Assembly: GCA_038065615.1 (NCBI GenBank)
Contig: JBBTQQ010000008.1
Span: 10,658-74,657, forward strand
DNA length: 64,000 nucleotides
From: Patescibacteria group bacterium
Lineage (GTDB): Bacteria > Patescibacteriota > Doudnabacteria > UBA920 > VMFF01
Direction of reading: 5' to 3'
Each line of letters starts with the position of its first letter. Position 1 is the stretch's first letter. A model generated the notes under the pieces. The model ran no database searches and was not told the DNA's origin. It saw only the letters and a list, made by a program, of their open reading frames with translations. Below are positions 46,523 to 56,974 of this stretch, piece by piece. Both the position numbers and the translations under genes were made by a program.

Positions 46523-47206
46523 TTATATCTTTACTTTAATACCAGGTCCCATTGATGCGTTAACAACAATGTTTGTAATGAATACTTTCTTAACAGTGCT
46601 TGGCTTAGAAGCATTCAACGCGTCAATGAAAGTTTTTAAGTTAGTAACTAACTTCTCTGAATCAAAATCAGTCTTTCCAATTATCTGGTGAACATTTCCT
46701 GAATCATCATTTTTGAAGTCAATCTTTCCCGCATTGATTTCTTTAATGATCCCTGCGATGTTTTCTGTAACTGTTCCTGTCTTTGGATTAGGCATTAAAC
46801 CACGTTGACCCAAGATCTTTGCAATAGGGGCCATTAATTTCATCATAGCGGGCTCTGCAACTGCCATATCAAAGTCTGTTTTTTCTGTTTCCTTGATTTT
46901 CTTGATTAAATCAGCACCACCAACCAAGATTGCGCCTGCTTCTTTTGCTTCTTTTTCTTTAATCTCAGTTACAAAAGCAACAACGCGTTTTGTCTTACCA
47001 GTACCAAAAGGAAGAGAAATTGAACCTCTTACACCTTGGTCTGTTTTCTTAGGATCAATACCCAATCTTACGTGTACTTCAACAGTGCCTTTAAACTTTG
47101 TGTTTGCTGTTTGCTTTACTAGTTCGATAGCTTCAGTAGCAGAATACACTTTTGTGCGGTCTACCTTTAATATATTCGCCTTTTGGCGTTTAGAAATATT
47201 TGCCAT
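46523..47206 (-). CDS. rplA: 50S ribosomal protein L1
   Basis: Full-length L1 similarity. Confidence 0.95.
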   Translation of the reverse strand: MANISKRQKANILKVDRTKVYSATEAIELVKQTANTKFKGTVEVHVRLGIDPKKTDQGVRGSISLPFGTGKTKRVVAFVTEIKEKEAKEAGAILVGGADLIKKIKETEKTDFDMAVAEPAMMKLMAPIAKILGQRGLMPNPKTGTVTENIAGIIKEINAGKIDFKNDDSGNVHQIIGKTDFDSEKLVTNLKTFIDALNASKPSTVKKVFITNIVVNASMGPGIKVKI

Positions 47207-47271
47207 ACTCGTCCTTTCGACTTAGTGGTTTACGCGAAATGTTTCGCTCCCACGAATTAATTAATATATGT

Positions 47272-47622
47272 TTAAGCTTCTTTTCTAGCTAGTTTCCAGT
47301 GATAATAGAAGACTGGCACGCCAACTATGATCATTGCAAGAGATTGAGCTATGTCTCTCTTTCTCTGTTGTTGCTGATTCTTCTTTTCAGCTTCCTGTTG
47401 CTTTGCCTGATAGTTAGAATCACACTCGGTTGGTTTTACCGCAGCGCCTCTTTCAGCAGGTATTGCTTCACAATTTACAGACATCATTGGGTATGCATAG
47501 TATTCTTCAGCATTTAAAAGAATCTTCAAACCCATGTTCAGCAAGGTTATTGCCCCAACCATTATTATGATTAAGGAAACCAAAGACACAACGTAGAGAT
47601 ATGCTTTCTTTATCCAAGTCAT
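47272..47622 (-). CDS. Small membrane protein (116 aa, 2 TM) inserted between rplK and rplA
   Basis: Hydrophobic N- and C-terminal helices, Q/K-rich middle. A tidy ORF in an otherwise conserved operon. Confidence 0.5.
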   Translation of the reverse strand: MTWIKKAYLYVVSLVSLIIIMVGAITLLNMGLKILLNAEEYYAYPMMSVNCEAIPAERGAAVKPTECDSNYQAKQQEAEKKNQQQQRKRDIAQSLAMIIVGVPVFYYHWKLARKEA

Positions 47623-47652
47623 ATATTTTTGTTTAATTGTTTAATTAAAACT

Positions 47653-48078
47653 TTAATCTACAACTTCAACACCCATAGAACGGGCTGTGCCTGCAACAAT
47701 CTTTTCTGCTGCCTCTAAATCATTTGCATTTAGATCAGGCATTTTCTTTTCCGCTATTTCACGAATCTTAGCTCTTGTGATCTTACCAACCTTGTTTTTC
47801 AAAGGATTCGCAGAACCTTTCTCTAATCCTATTGCTTTCCTAATTAAAACAGAAGCAGGAGGAGTTTTTAAAATGAAAGTAAAAGAACGATCTTCATAAA
47901 TGGTAACTTCAGCTGGAATGATTAAATCTCCCATTGGAGCTGTTTTCTCATTAAACTGCTTGGTAAACTCACCGATATTAATACCGTGGGGACCAAGCGC
48001 AGTACCAACTGGTGGTGCTGGGGTTGCTTTTCCAGCTACAAGTTGGAGTTTTACCATTGTCTTTATCTTCTTTGCCAT
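47653..48078 (-). CDS. rplK: 50S ribosomal protein L11
   Basis: [25 protein letters not shown]... The start is taken at the canonical MAKK. The ORF extends a further 18 codons upstream to 48132. Confidence 0.9.
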   Translation of the reverse strand: MAKKIKTMVKLQLVAGKATPAPPVGTALGPHGINIGEFTKQFNEKTAPMGDLIIPAEVTIYEDRSFTFILKTPPASVLIRKAIGLEKGSANPLKNKVGKITRAKIREIAEKKMPDLNANDLEAAEKIVAGTARSMGVEVVD

Positions 48079-48167
48079 TCTTCTTTGTGGTAACAGTTTT
48101 TTAAGCTGCGAGACGGTTATTTCGCCAACCACCCTTTCTTTGCCAGTAAACTGGCTTAATTAGTATA

Positions 48168-48713
48168 TTATATCTTCTTTACCTGAAGGAAATCCAGTTC
48201 AACAGGAGTTTCTCTACCAAAAATTGAAACCAAGACTTTGACCTTGCCTTTAGCTTCATCTACTTCAGCAACCTTGCCTTCGTAGTCCTTGAATGGACCA
48301 TCCATCATTCTAACTAAATCACCAACAACAAAATCAACCTTAAACTTTGGTTCTTCAACACCCATGCGTTTCTGTAAGGACTTAATCTCATCATCTGAGA
48401 TTGGTGTTGGAATTGTTCCGCTTCCCACGAATCCTGTTACGTTAGGTGTATTTCTAACAACATACCAAGAATCATCTGTAACAATCATTTCAACAAGAAC
48501 ATAACCTGGGAAAATCTTTTCCTCAACAGTTGTTCTTCTTCCATCTTTAATCTTGATCTTCTTTTCTTTTGGAACTATTACGTCAAAGATCTTGTCTTCC
48601 ATTCCCATTGATTCAATACGTTGTTTCAAATTGAAAGCAACGCTATCTTCATAACCGGAATATGTATGTAAAACGTACCAATGTTTTTCGCCTGTAACTT
48701 GTTGTCGTGACAT
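48168..48713 (-). CDS. nusG: Transcription termination/antitermination factor NusG
   Basis: NGN domain (HWYVLHTYSGYE) and KOW motif (GDLVRMMDGPFKDYEGKV). Confidence 0.9.
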   Translation of the reverse strand: MSRQQVTGEKHWYVLHTYSGYEDSVAFNLKQRIESMGMEDKIFDVIVPKEKKIKIKDGRRTTVEEKIFPGYVLVEMIVTDDSWYVVRNTPNVTGFVGSGTIPTPISDDEIKSLQKRMGVEEPKFKVDFVVGDLVRMMDGPFKDYEGKVAEVDEAKGKVKVLVSIFGRETPVELDFLQVKKI

Positions 48714-48717
48714 ATCT

Positions 48718-49263
48718 CTAAAACAAAACTATTAATGCTAGAACTATTATTAAAATTTCAATGAAACCACTCAAACCCATATACCCATTTAACACGACCC
48801 AAAACCAATATTTCCAGAAGCTTTCACTTTGTCTGTATTTAAACTCATACTTTCTCTTGTAGAAAGGTTTGGAAAAAGGAAAAAATCTCTTAGTTGCTGG
48901 CCAAAGCCACATAATCCCCCGCTCAGAATCAAGAATTAGGTGAGACCATGCGCTTAACCAAACAACTAAACCAAAAACTTTTCCAAAATCAGTGCTTGCA
49001 GCAAAGAAGATTATCAATCCAGTAACCAACCAAAAAATTGGCGTGTGGGTAAACAACTTTCTATGATTTACTGCCTCGCTATCTATCCTTAACCTCTTTG
49101 TCTTTGCAAAAGCAAAGAAAAAATCTAGATCAGGAAGAAAACCAATAATTGCGCCGATCAGTGAAAGTTCATTTACCTGGGTTGCAGTTAAATTGTAATG
49201 TAAGGAGCTGGTCAGGATTTTTGCAGTTAAATACCCTGCTGCAATGTGCCCTGGAGGTAACAT
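48718..49263 (-). CDS. DUF457-like membrane-bound metal-dependent hydrolase, inserted between secE and nusG
   Basis: Polytopic membrane protein with IGFLPDLD and conserved His positions typical of YdjM/DUF457. Confidence 0.5.
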   Translation of the reverse strand: MLPPGHIAAGYLTAKILTSSLHYNLTATQVNELSLIGAIIGFLPDLDFFFAFAKTKRLRIDSEAVNHRKLFTHTPIFWLVTGLIIFFAASTDFGKVFGLVVWLSAWSHLILDSERGIMWLWPATKRFFPFSKPFYKRKYEFKYRQSESFWKYWFWVVLNGYMGLSGFIEILIIVLALIVLF

Positions 49264-49268
49264 ACAGA

Positions 49269-49454
49269 CTATCTTTCAATGAGCTTTTCCAAGCCCTTTA
49301 TCAAACCATAGTCAGCTGCAGCCAAAACCACTGAGACTAAAACTGAGAATAGAATGACAACGCCTGTATATCTAAGGGTTTGCTGTTTGGTTGGCCAAAC
49401 AACTTTGCTTAGCTCGCTTTTAACCTCTGAGAAAAATTGTATTACTTTTATCAT
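49269..49454 (-). CDS. secE: Preprotein translocase subunit SecE
   Basis: 61 aa, single TM, ELSKVVWPTKQQTL motif. Conserved secE-nusG context. Confidence 0.75.
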   Translation of the reverse strand: MIKVIQFFSEVKSELSKVVWPTKQQTLRYTGVVILFSVLVSVVLAAADYGLIKGLEKLIER

Positions 49455-49471
49455 ATTTTTTGAGCTTTTTT

Positions 49472-49491
49472 AAAAGGCCTTCGGGCCTTTT
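49472..49491 (-). terminator. Terminator AAAAGGCC-ttcg-GGCCTTTT downstream of gyrB
   Basis: 8-bp stem with a tetraloop and flanking T/A runs. A TATAAT-like box sits nearby on the minus strand, upstream of secE. Confidence 0.6.
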
Positions 49492-49545
49492 GATATTTCG
49501 ATTATATCATAAAGGCCTTGAATTATGCAAATCAAGGCCAGAACA

Positions 49546-51600
<2,055 letters not shown>

Positions 51601-51603
51601 TTA

Positions 51604-53991
51604 CTACCGTATTTCAGCTCCTAATTTAGTCTTTAACTCTACCTTTATTTTATCATAAATCGGCATAATTTCCGAGTCCTTTAAAGTCCTGTCTTTTGCC
51701 TGAAAAACAAGGTGAAAAGCAAGGTTTTTAACCCCCTTTAAACCCAGCTCTTTATGGAACCTAGGTAATGATCCTTTGGCATACAAATATTCAGCCTCAA
51801 AAACCTCAACTGACTTTAACAAATCACTACCATTTTTCCACACCAAGCTTTCAATCTCTAACCACTTAACACCATCTTTAACAACTAAAGAAATATCTAA
51901 CACCTTGGAAGGTAACTTGCTGTAAGGAACCATTTTCTTTTGAGTCTTAGAAGCAAGCAAAGGGCGCAAATCCAAAGTTACATAGACTAAATCACCCGTA
52001 GCATCAAAGTTATTCATCGCCAATCTATTCACCAACCCAAAGTTACCAAGTTCTTTACCTAACAAACTAATTAAAGAGTGTTCTGTATTTTCTTGTTTGT
52101 ATTCAACTTTGTGATTTGTATATTCAGAAACCAATGCTTCCAAAACACCTTTTGCTTCAGAAAGCAATCCCTGAGCAGTTTTTTCTTTGTTAAAGATTAC
52201 AAAGGTAACTAAATCTCTTTCGTCCCCAAAAGCATAGTATGCTTTACCAATTTCAAAGAGCTTGAAAGCATCAAAGTTTTTGCTATTCAACGAAACATTC
52301 TTTAACAAATGAATTAAAAGATTTCGTTTTAGGTAGCCTTGATCTCCGCTTAGTGGATTTTTAATCTTTAAATGGTCTGTAACCTTAGACTTACCAAAGC
52401 CTGAGATGTCTTTTTCTGAAATGAAAGAATAGTTCTGGACTTCAATAAAACCAAGATCAGACATTTTTTCTTTGAAATCATTAAAAGATTTATCAGCATC
52501 AACCTGACTTGTTAATTTCTGAACACTTAGTGGTTTCTTTGAAAGTTCATTTAAACCAACTGTCTTTAATATTTCATCAGCTATATCCGCATAGTTAACC
52601 ATGTCCTGTCTGTACCAAGGAATTTCTTTGTCTAAGTTTAATCTTGTTAAAACCTTTTGTATTTCTCCATCAGTAAATTCAGAGCCCAACAAGCCGTTAA
52701 TTTGTTCGATTTCAAACTTAATCTTTCTATTCTCTCTTTCAACGTCCCCCACTTCAGCATATGACAAAATTTCTGCTTGAGCATGTTCTTTTAACAAATC
52801 AATTGCTCTAGCAACTGCAATTTTAGCTTGATATGGATGTAATCCCTTTTCCCAGAATCCAGAGCTGTCACTTCTCAAACCAAGCTTCTTAGAAGTCTTT
52901 CGAATCTGACTTGGCTCAAAGTTTGCAGCTTCTAGTATAATCTCGGTTGTATTTTCATTAACCTCTGAATCAAAACCTCCCATAACCCCCGCTATTGCCA
53001 ATGCTTTTTCCTTGTCAGCAATTACTAACATTGAATCATCTAAAGCGTGCTCTCTATGGTCAATGGTTGTTAAAACTTCACCATTTTTTGCATTTCTAAC
53101 AAGAATACCACCTGAAACCCTGTTTGCATCAAAAGCATGCATTGGCTCACCCATTTCATACATAACATAGTTTGTAATATCAACCACATTGTTTATGGAC
53201 CTTAATCCCAAACCTTGAAGTCTTTTCTTTAATGCAATGGGGGAAGCCCCAACTTTAACTTTTAACTTTGCTCCAATATATACAGGGCAAGCTTTTTTCT
53301 CTTTGATGCTTACATCTAATTTTGGAACACCTTTGTGATCAAAAGACAATTCTTGAATCTCTTTAATCCAATTCTTTGTCTTTATGCCCAATATCCCTGA
53401 AATTTCTCTAGCAATCCCTAAATGAGAATACAAATCAGGTCTGTTTGCTGGTAAAGAAACATCAAACACAGCACCAGCTTCTTTTGCTTGTGCTTTCAAA
53501 TGCTTAGCTAAATCCTCTCCCAACCTTATTCCTTTTTCTAGTATTAAAATCTCTGGTTTTTCTTCAGGCTTTTCACTTAAACCAAGCTCAAAAGAAGAAC
53601 AAATCATTCCCTGTGATTCAACACCGCGAATTACTGCTTTTTCAAGAGTAAAGGACTCATGTTCTCCTGAATGAATGTTTTGAGGAATAACTGCGCCAGG
53701 AAGAGCAAGAGCAATTAAATCCCCCACCTCAAAGTTATTTGCTCCACAAACAATAGGTTCAATGACTTTGTTTCCAACATCTAGCTTAACAACTCTTAAA
53801 CGATCTGCATTTGGATGCTTTTCATAATGTAATACCTTAGCAACAATTACATTTGAAAAAGCGTAATTCTGTTCTCCTCCCAAAACCTTTTCAACTTCAA
53901 AACAATGCTCACAGATTTGCTGAGCCAGTTGCTGTGGATTCTGCTTTTGTATTTCTAGGAAATCTTCTAGCCAGTTTAAGGAAATCTTCAT
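51604..53991 (-). CDS. pheT: Phenylalanine--tRNA ligase beta subunit
   Basis: 795 aa with tRNA-binding, B3/B4, B5 and class II-like C-terminal domains. Confidence 0.9.
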   Translation of the reverse strand: MKISLNWLEDFLEIQKQNPQQLAQQICEHCFEVEKVLGGEQNYAFSNVIVAKVLHYEKHPNADRLRVVKLDVGNKVIEPIVCGANNFEVGDLIALALPGAVIPQNIHSGEHESFTLEKAVIRGVESQGMICSSFELGLSEKPEEKPEILILEKGIRLGEDLAKHLKAQAKEAGAVFDVSLPANRPDLYSHLGIAREISGILGIKTKNWIKEIQELSFDHKGVPKLDVSIKEKKACPVYIGAKLKVKVGASPIALKKRLQGLGLRSINNVVDITNYVMYEMGEPMHAFDANRVSGGILVRNAKNGEVLTTIDHREHALDDSMLVIADKEKALAIAGVMGGFDSEVNENTTEIILEAANFEPSQIRKTSKKLGLRSDSSGFWEKGLHPYQAKIAVARAIDLLKEHAQAEILSYAEVGDVERENRKIKFEIEQINGLLGSEFTDGEIQKVLTRLNLDKEIPWYRQDMVNYADIADEILKTVGLNELSKKPLSVQKLTSQVDADKSFNDFKEKMSDLGFIEVQNYSFISEKDISGFGKSKVTDHLKIKNPLSGDQGYLKRNLLIHLLKNVSLNSKNFDAFKLFEIGKAYYAFGDERDLVTFVIFNKEKTAQGLLSEAKGVLEALVSEYTNHKVEYKQENTEHSLISLLGKELGNFGLVNRLAMNNFDATGDLVYVTLDLRPLLASKTQKKMVPYSKLPSKVLDISLVVKDGVKWLEIESLVWKNGSDLLKSVEVFEAEYLYAKGSLPRFHKELGLKGVKNLAFHLVFQAKDRTLKDSEIMPIYDKIKVELKTKLGAEIR

Positions 53992-54000
53992 AATTATTCT

Positions 54001-55515
54001 TTAGTAATATTCACACGAAGTTGCAGTACAAACATAACCCTTTTTACCAGTTGGTGGATTTTCTAAAGTTGTCTGGAGAGCAAAATCAGTTGAATCAGTT
54101 GAGATTGAATACTCGTAGTCTTTTTTTGTTAATGGATCTGTTGGGATTACAGTGATGTAATCAGGAGCTATTGCTTTTTTCCAGTTTGCTTGAGATGGGA
54201 ACAGATGCACATCAGGAGAAGAAGGGCTTGTATTTTCATTAGCATATAACTCTAAAGCACCTGCGATTGAATCTAGGTCTGCTTTTCTTTGAGTGTCTCT
54301 TTGAATAATCATTTCAGCGTTGCTAGCAACCTGTGCCTCTTTTTCACTTATAGTAATTAATTGATTCTGTGTTTCTGAAAAATATGTAAGCTTAAAATCA
54401 ACCCCTTTATTAACAGAGGCGTATCCATAGACATATGGAGCTACATTTGTTGGATCTGTTGTGTTTATAGCTTTGCCAGTTAACAAAGGTTTGATGCTTT
54501 TTAACATGTCTCCAAAAACATTTGTATCAGGATACTTTGAATTTGCCTGCTTGTATTTTAATAGCGCGAAAGAAAGTTGTTTAATGGTGTCTGATCTCTG
54601 GGTATCACGATCAAGCGCTCCTGGTTTAAGACTGGGATTTTGGCTTGAAGAGCCAGGGGTCTGAGCGTAGTTTGTATAAAAGTCGACAACTGTTTGACCA
54701 ACTGTTGCGATTGTTGGACTATGCAAACCATAAGTTACAATATTTTTTGCGATTGTTGTTAACTCTAAATCATTAAACGCTCTTTTTTGTTTTGCATTCC
54801 AATGGGCTCTAACTTCAGCAGCATCTAGATATTTTGGATCACCTGATGTATTACCGTTTACTGGATCTAACGCAAACAAATGCACTTCATCACCATCAGC
54901 TATTCCATCAGCATCGCTGTCCCCGTTATTTGGGTCTGTTTGAAAAGTATACTCATCAAGGTTAATTAAACCATCATGATCAGGGTCTGCAACATCTCCG
55001 CAATTGTCTAGGTTAGCACAAACTGAGGCACCAAAATATTTCAATCTCCAACCATCAGGAATTTGAGTTGAAACAACTTCTTTTGGTGTTTGAACAACTG
55101 GTGTCTGAACTTGTGTGGTATTTGTTGTGTCCTTTGATTTAAAAACAAGGAACAAAACAAGCGCGATGATTAACAACAAAGCAGCGCCTGATGCGTACAT
55201 CAAAGGTTTAGTCATATGAAAACTTCTCTTCTCTGGAATATCAGAAAGCAATGTTGGATTTGGTGCTTGTGCTGACATTGGTTTTATCTCAGAAGAAAAA
55301 GGCACTGGTCCTGGTACTGGCGATTTTGGAGGTTCAGGCATAACAGTCTTTGGTGCTGGCATTGGTTGCATTGAAGCTGGAACTTCTTTTGCCAATGGAG
55401 TTGGTACAGACATTGGCTGAGAGCCAGGTCTTGGCATTGTTCTGTAAATCAAATCATCCAGGTTTTGTCCTGGTTGTGGAGTTTGTGGTGTTGTTGGTTG
55501 TTGTATTGGATCCAT
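54001..55515 (-). CDS. Proline-rich membrane-anchored protein with TSP3-like calcium-binding repeats, inserted between pheS and pheT
   Basis: P-rich N-terminus, one TM helix, DPDHDGLINLDEY / DPNNGDSDADGIADGDE repeats and repeated TDP...Y.Y C-terminal modules. Confidence 0.6.
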   Translation of the reverse strand: MDPIQQPTTPQTPQPGQNLDDLIYRTMPRPGSQPMSVPTPLAKEVPASMQPMPAPKTVMPEPPKSPVPGPVPFSSEIKPMSAQAPNPTLLSDIPEKRSFHMTKPLMYASGAALLLIIALVLFLVFKSKDTTNTTQVQTPVVQTPKEVVSTQIPDGWRLKYFGASVCANLDNCGDVADPDHDGLINLDEYTFQTDPNNGDSDADGIADGDEVHLFALDPVNGNTSGDPKYLDAAEVRAHWNAKQKRAFNDLELTTIAKNIVTYGLHSPTIATVGQTVVDFYTNYAQTPGSSSQNPSLKPGALDRDTQRSDTIKQLSFALLKYKQANSKYPDTNVFGDMLKSIKPLLTGKAINTTDPTNVAPYVYGYASVNKGVDFKLTYFSETQNQLITISEKEAQVASNAEMIIQRDTQRKADLDSIAGALELYANENTSPSSPDVHLFPSQANWKKAIAPDYITVIPTDPLTKKDYEYSISTDSTDFALQTTLENPPTGKKGYVCTATSCEYY

Positions 55516-55531
55516 ATTTTTGTTTTTTAAT

Positions 55532-56563
55532 TTAAAATTGTTTTAAAAATCTCAAGTCATTTTCAGCAAACAAACGAATATCTGAAATACCATATTTCAT
55601 CATTGCAAGACGACTTAATCCAAAACCAAAAGCAAAGCCTTGGTACTCGCCTTGCTTGTATCCTGCATATTCAAAGACTTTCTGGTGAATCATTCCACAA
55701 CCAAGTATTTCAACCCAACCAGTTTGTTTGCAAACAGAACAACCTTTTCCTTTACAGATTAAACAAGATATTGCCATCTCAGCTCCTGGCTCAACGAAAG
55801 GAAAATATGAAGGGAGAAGCTTGGTATTAACATCTTGTCCAAAAATTTCTTTCATAACATAATCAAGAGTCCATGCCATATTTGCATATGTAATGTCTTT
55901 TCCAACAACAAAACCTTCCATGTACTGATATGTGTGCTCATGTGATGCATCAAGCGCCTCGTTTCTAAAGACTCTGCCTGGTAAAACAACAGCATATGGT
56001 GGTTTATGTTCTTTCATGTAACGAACCTGCATGTTTGAGATATGGGTTCTTAACAAGACGTGTTTTCCTGGCTGATTTTTAGGTAAGGCTAGATCGAGAT
56101 AGAAGGTATCTTGCATGTCTCTTGCAGGATGAAACTCAGGAATATTTAAAGCTTCAAAGTTGTAGAAATCAGAGTCAATTTCCGGTCCTAACTCTATATC
56201 AAAACCAAGACCCCAGAAAACCTTCTCAATTTCTTTTTGAATTAAAGTAATTGGATGTAAGTTCCCGCTTAAAACCTTTTCTCCTTGAACTGAAAAATCA
56301 ACAGAAGTGTTTTGAGAAACACCAAACTCTGTTTCTTTTTCAAGAACAGATGCTTCTGCAAACTTTTTAAGTTCATTTAAAGGTGCTCCAAACTCTTTTT
56401 TCTTTTCTAGATCCCAATTCTTTAAATCATCAAAAAGCTTGGTAATCATCCCTTCTTTTCTACCAAGGTATTTAATCTTAACTTTCAAAAGAGATTCAGC
56501 ATCTGAAACAGTGCTTAAATCTTTTGATATTTCTTTTTTTATGTTTTCAAATTGCTGTAACAT
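55532..56563 (-). CDS. pheS: Phenylalanine--tRNA ligase alpha subunit
   Basis: Class II motifs (FPFVEPGAEM, GCGMIHQKV). Contains a Cys-rich CLICKGKGCSVCKQTGW insert. Confidence 0.9.
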   Translation of the reverse strand: MLQQFENIKKEISKDLSTVSDAESLLKVKIKYLGRKEGMITKLFDDLKNWDLEKKKEFGAPLNELKKFAEASVLEKETEFGVSQNTSVDFSVQGEKVLSGNLHPITLIQKEIEKVFWGLGFDIELGPEIDSDFYNFEALNIPEFHPARDMQDTFYLDLALPKNQPGKHVLLRTHISNMQVRYMKEHKPPYAVVLPGRVFRNEALDASHEHTYQYMEGFVVGKDITYANMAWTLDYVMKEIFGQDVNTKLLPSYFPFVEPGAEMAISCLICKGKGCSVCKQTGWVEILGCGMIHQKVFEYAGYKQGEYQGFAFGFGLSRLAMMKYGISDIRLFAENDLRFLKQF

Positions 56564-56569
56564 TTGTTT

Positions 56570-56941
56570 CTAATTAGAAAGGAAGAATCCTTCAATAAAG
56601 ACGAGGGTGATGATTAAAACTAAGCCTAGCCACCAAAACAATAACTGATGAGAAGAAAGAACAAGGAATACGATAATCAAAAGGGTTAACAGGAAAGCTT
56701 GCCTTAAAGAAACATTCATTATCTCCGTATACAAGCGTTCTGGCTTTCTTCCTCTGTATGAATACAAAGCAAATGTGAAAAAACTTATTAAGAAAGCTGA
56801 AAAAGAAACATAGAACAGGAAAAGCAGTGCCTTGTTAATAGTATTAGGATCTGTAAGAAATACTATGCACAAAGTGCCAATTAAAAAAATGGCGCTTAAA
56901 ATTAACAAGGATTGCGATTGTTTTTTTGTATTTTCGAACAT
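56570..56941 (-). CDS. Hypothetical membrane protein (123 aa, 3-4 TM)
   Basis: Hydrophobic ORF between the helicase gene and pheS. Confidence 0.5.
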   Translation of the reverse strand: MFENTKKQSQSLLILSAIFLIGTLCIVFLTDPNTINKALLFLFYVSFSAFLISFFTFALYSYRGRKPERLYTEIMNVSLRQAFLLTLLIIVFLVLSSHQLLFWWLGLVLIITLVFIEGFFLSN

Positions 56942-56974
56942 TTAACCTTCCCAAATTATACCATAATTCCTCTG

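Noticed and set aside
47207-47262. Calling the rplA leader a definite L1-binding autoregulatory element
   Set aside because: I kept it only as a low-interest hypothesis under the operon finding. I could not reproduce the consensus of known L1 mRNA sites from memory with enough confidence to annotate it as a feature.
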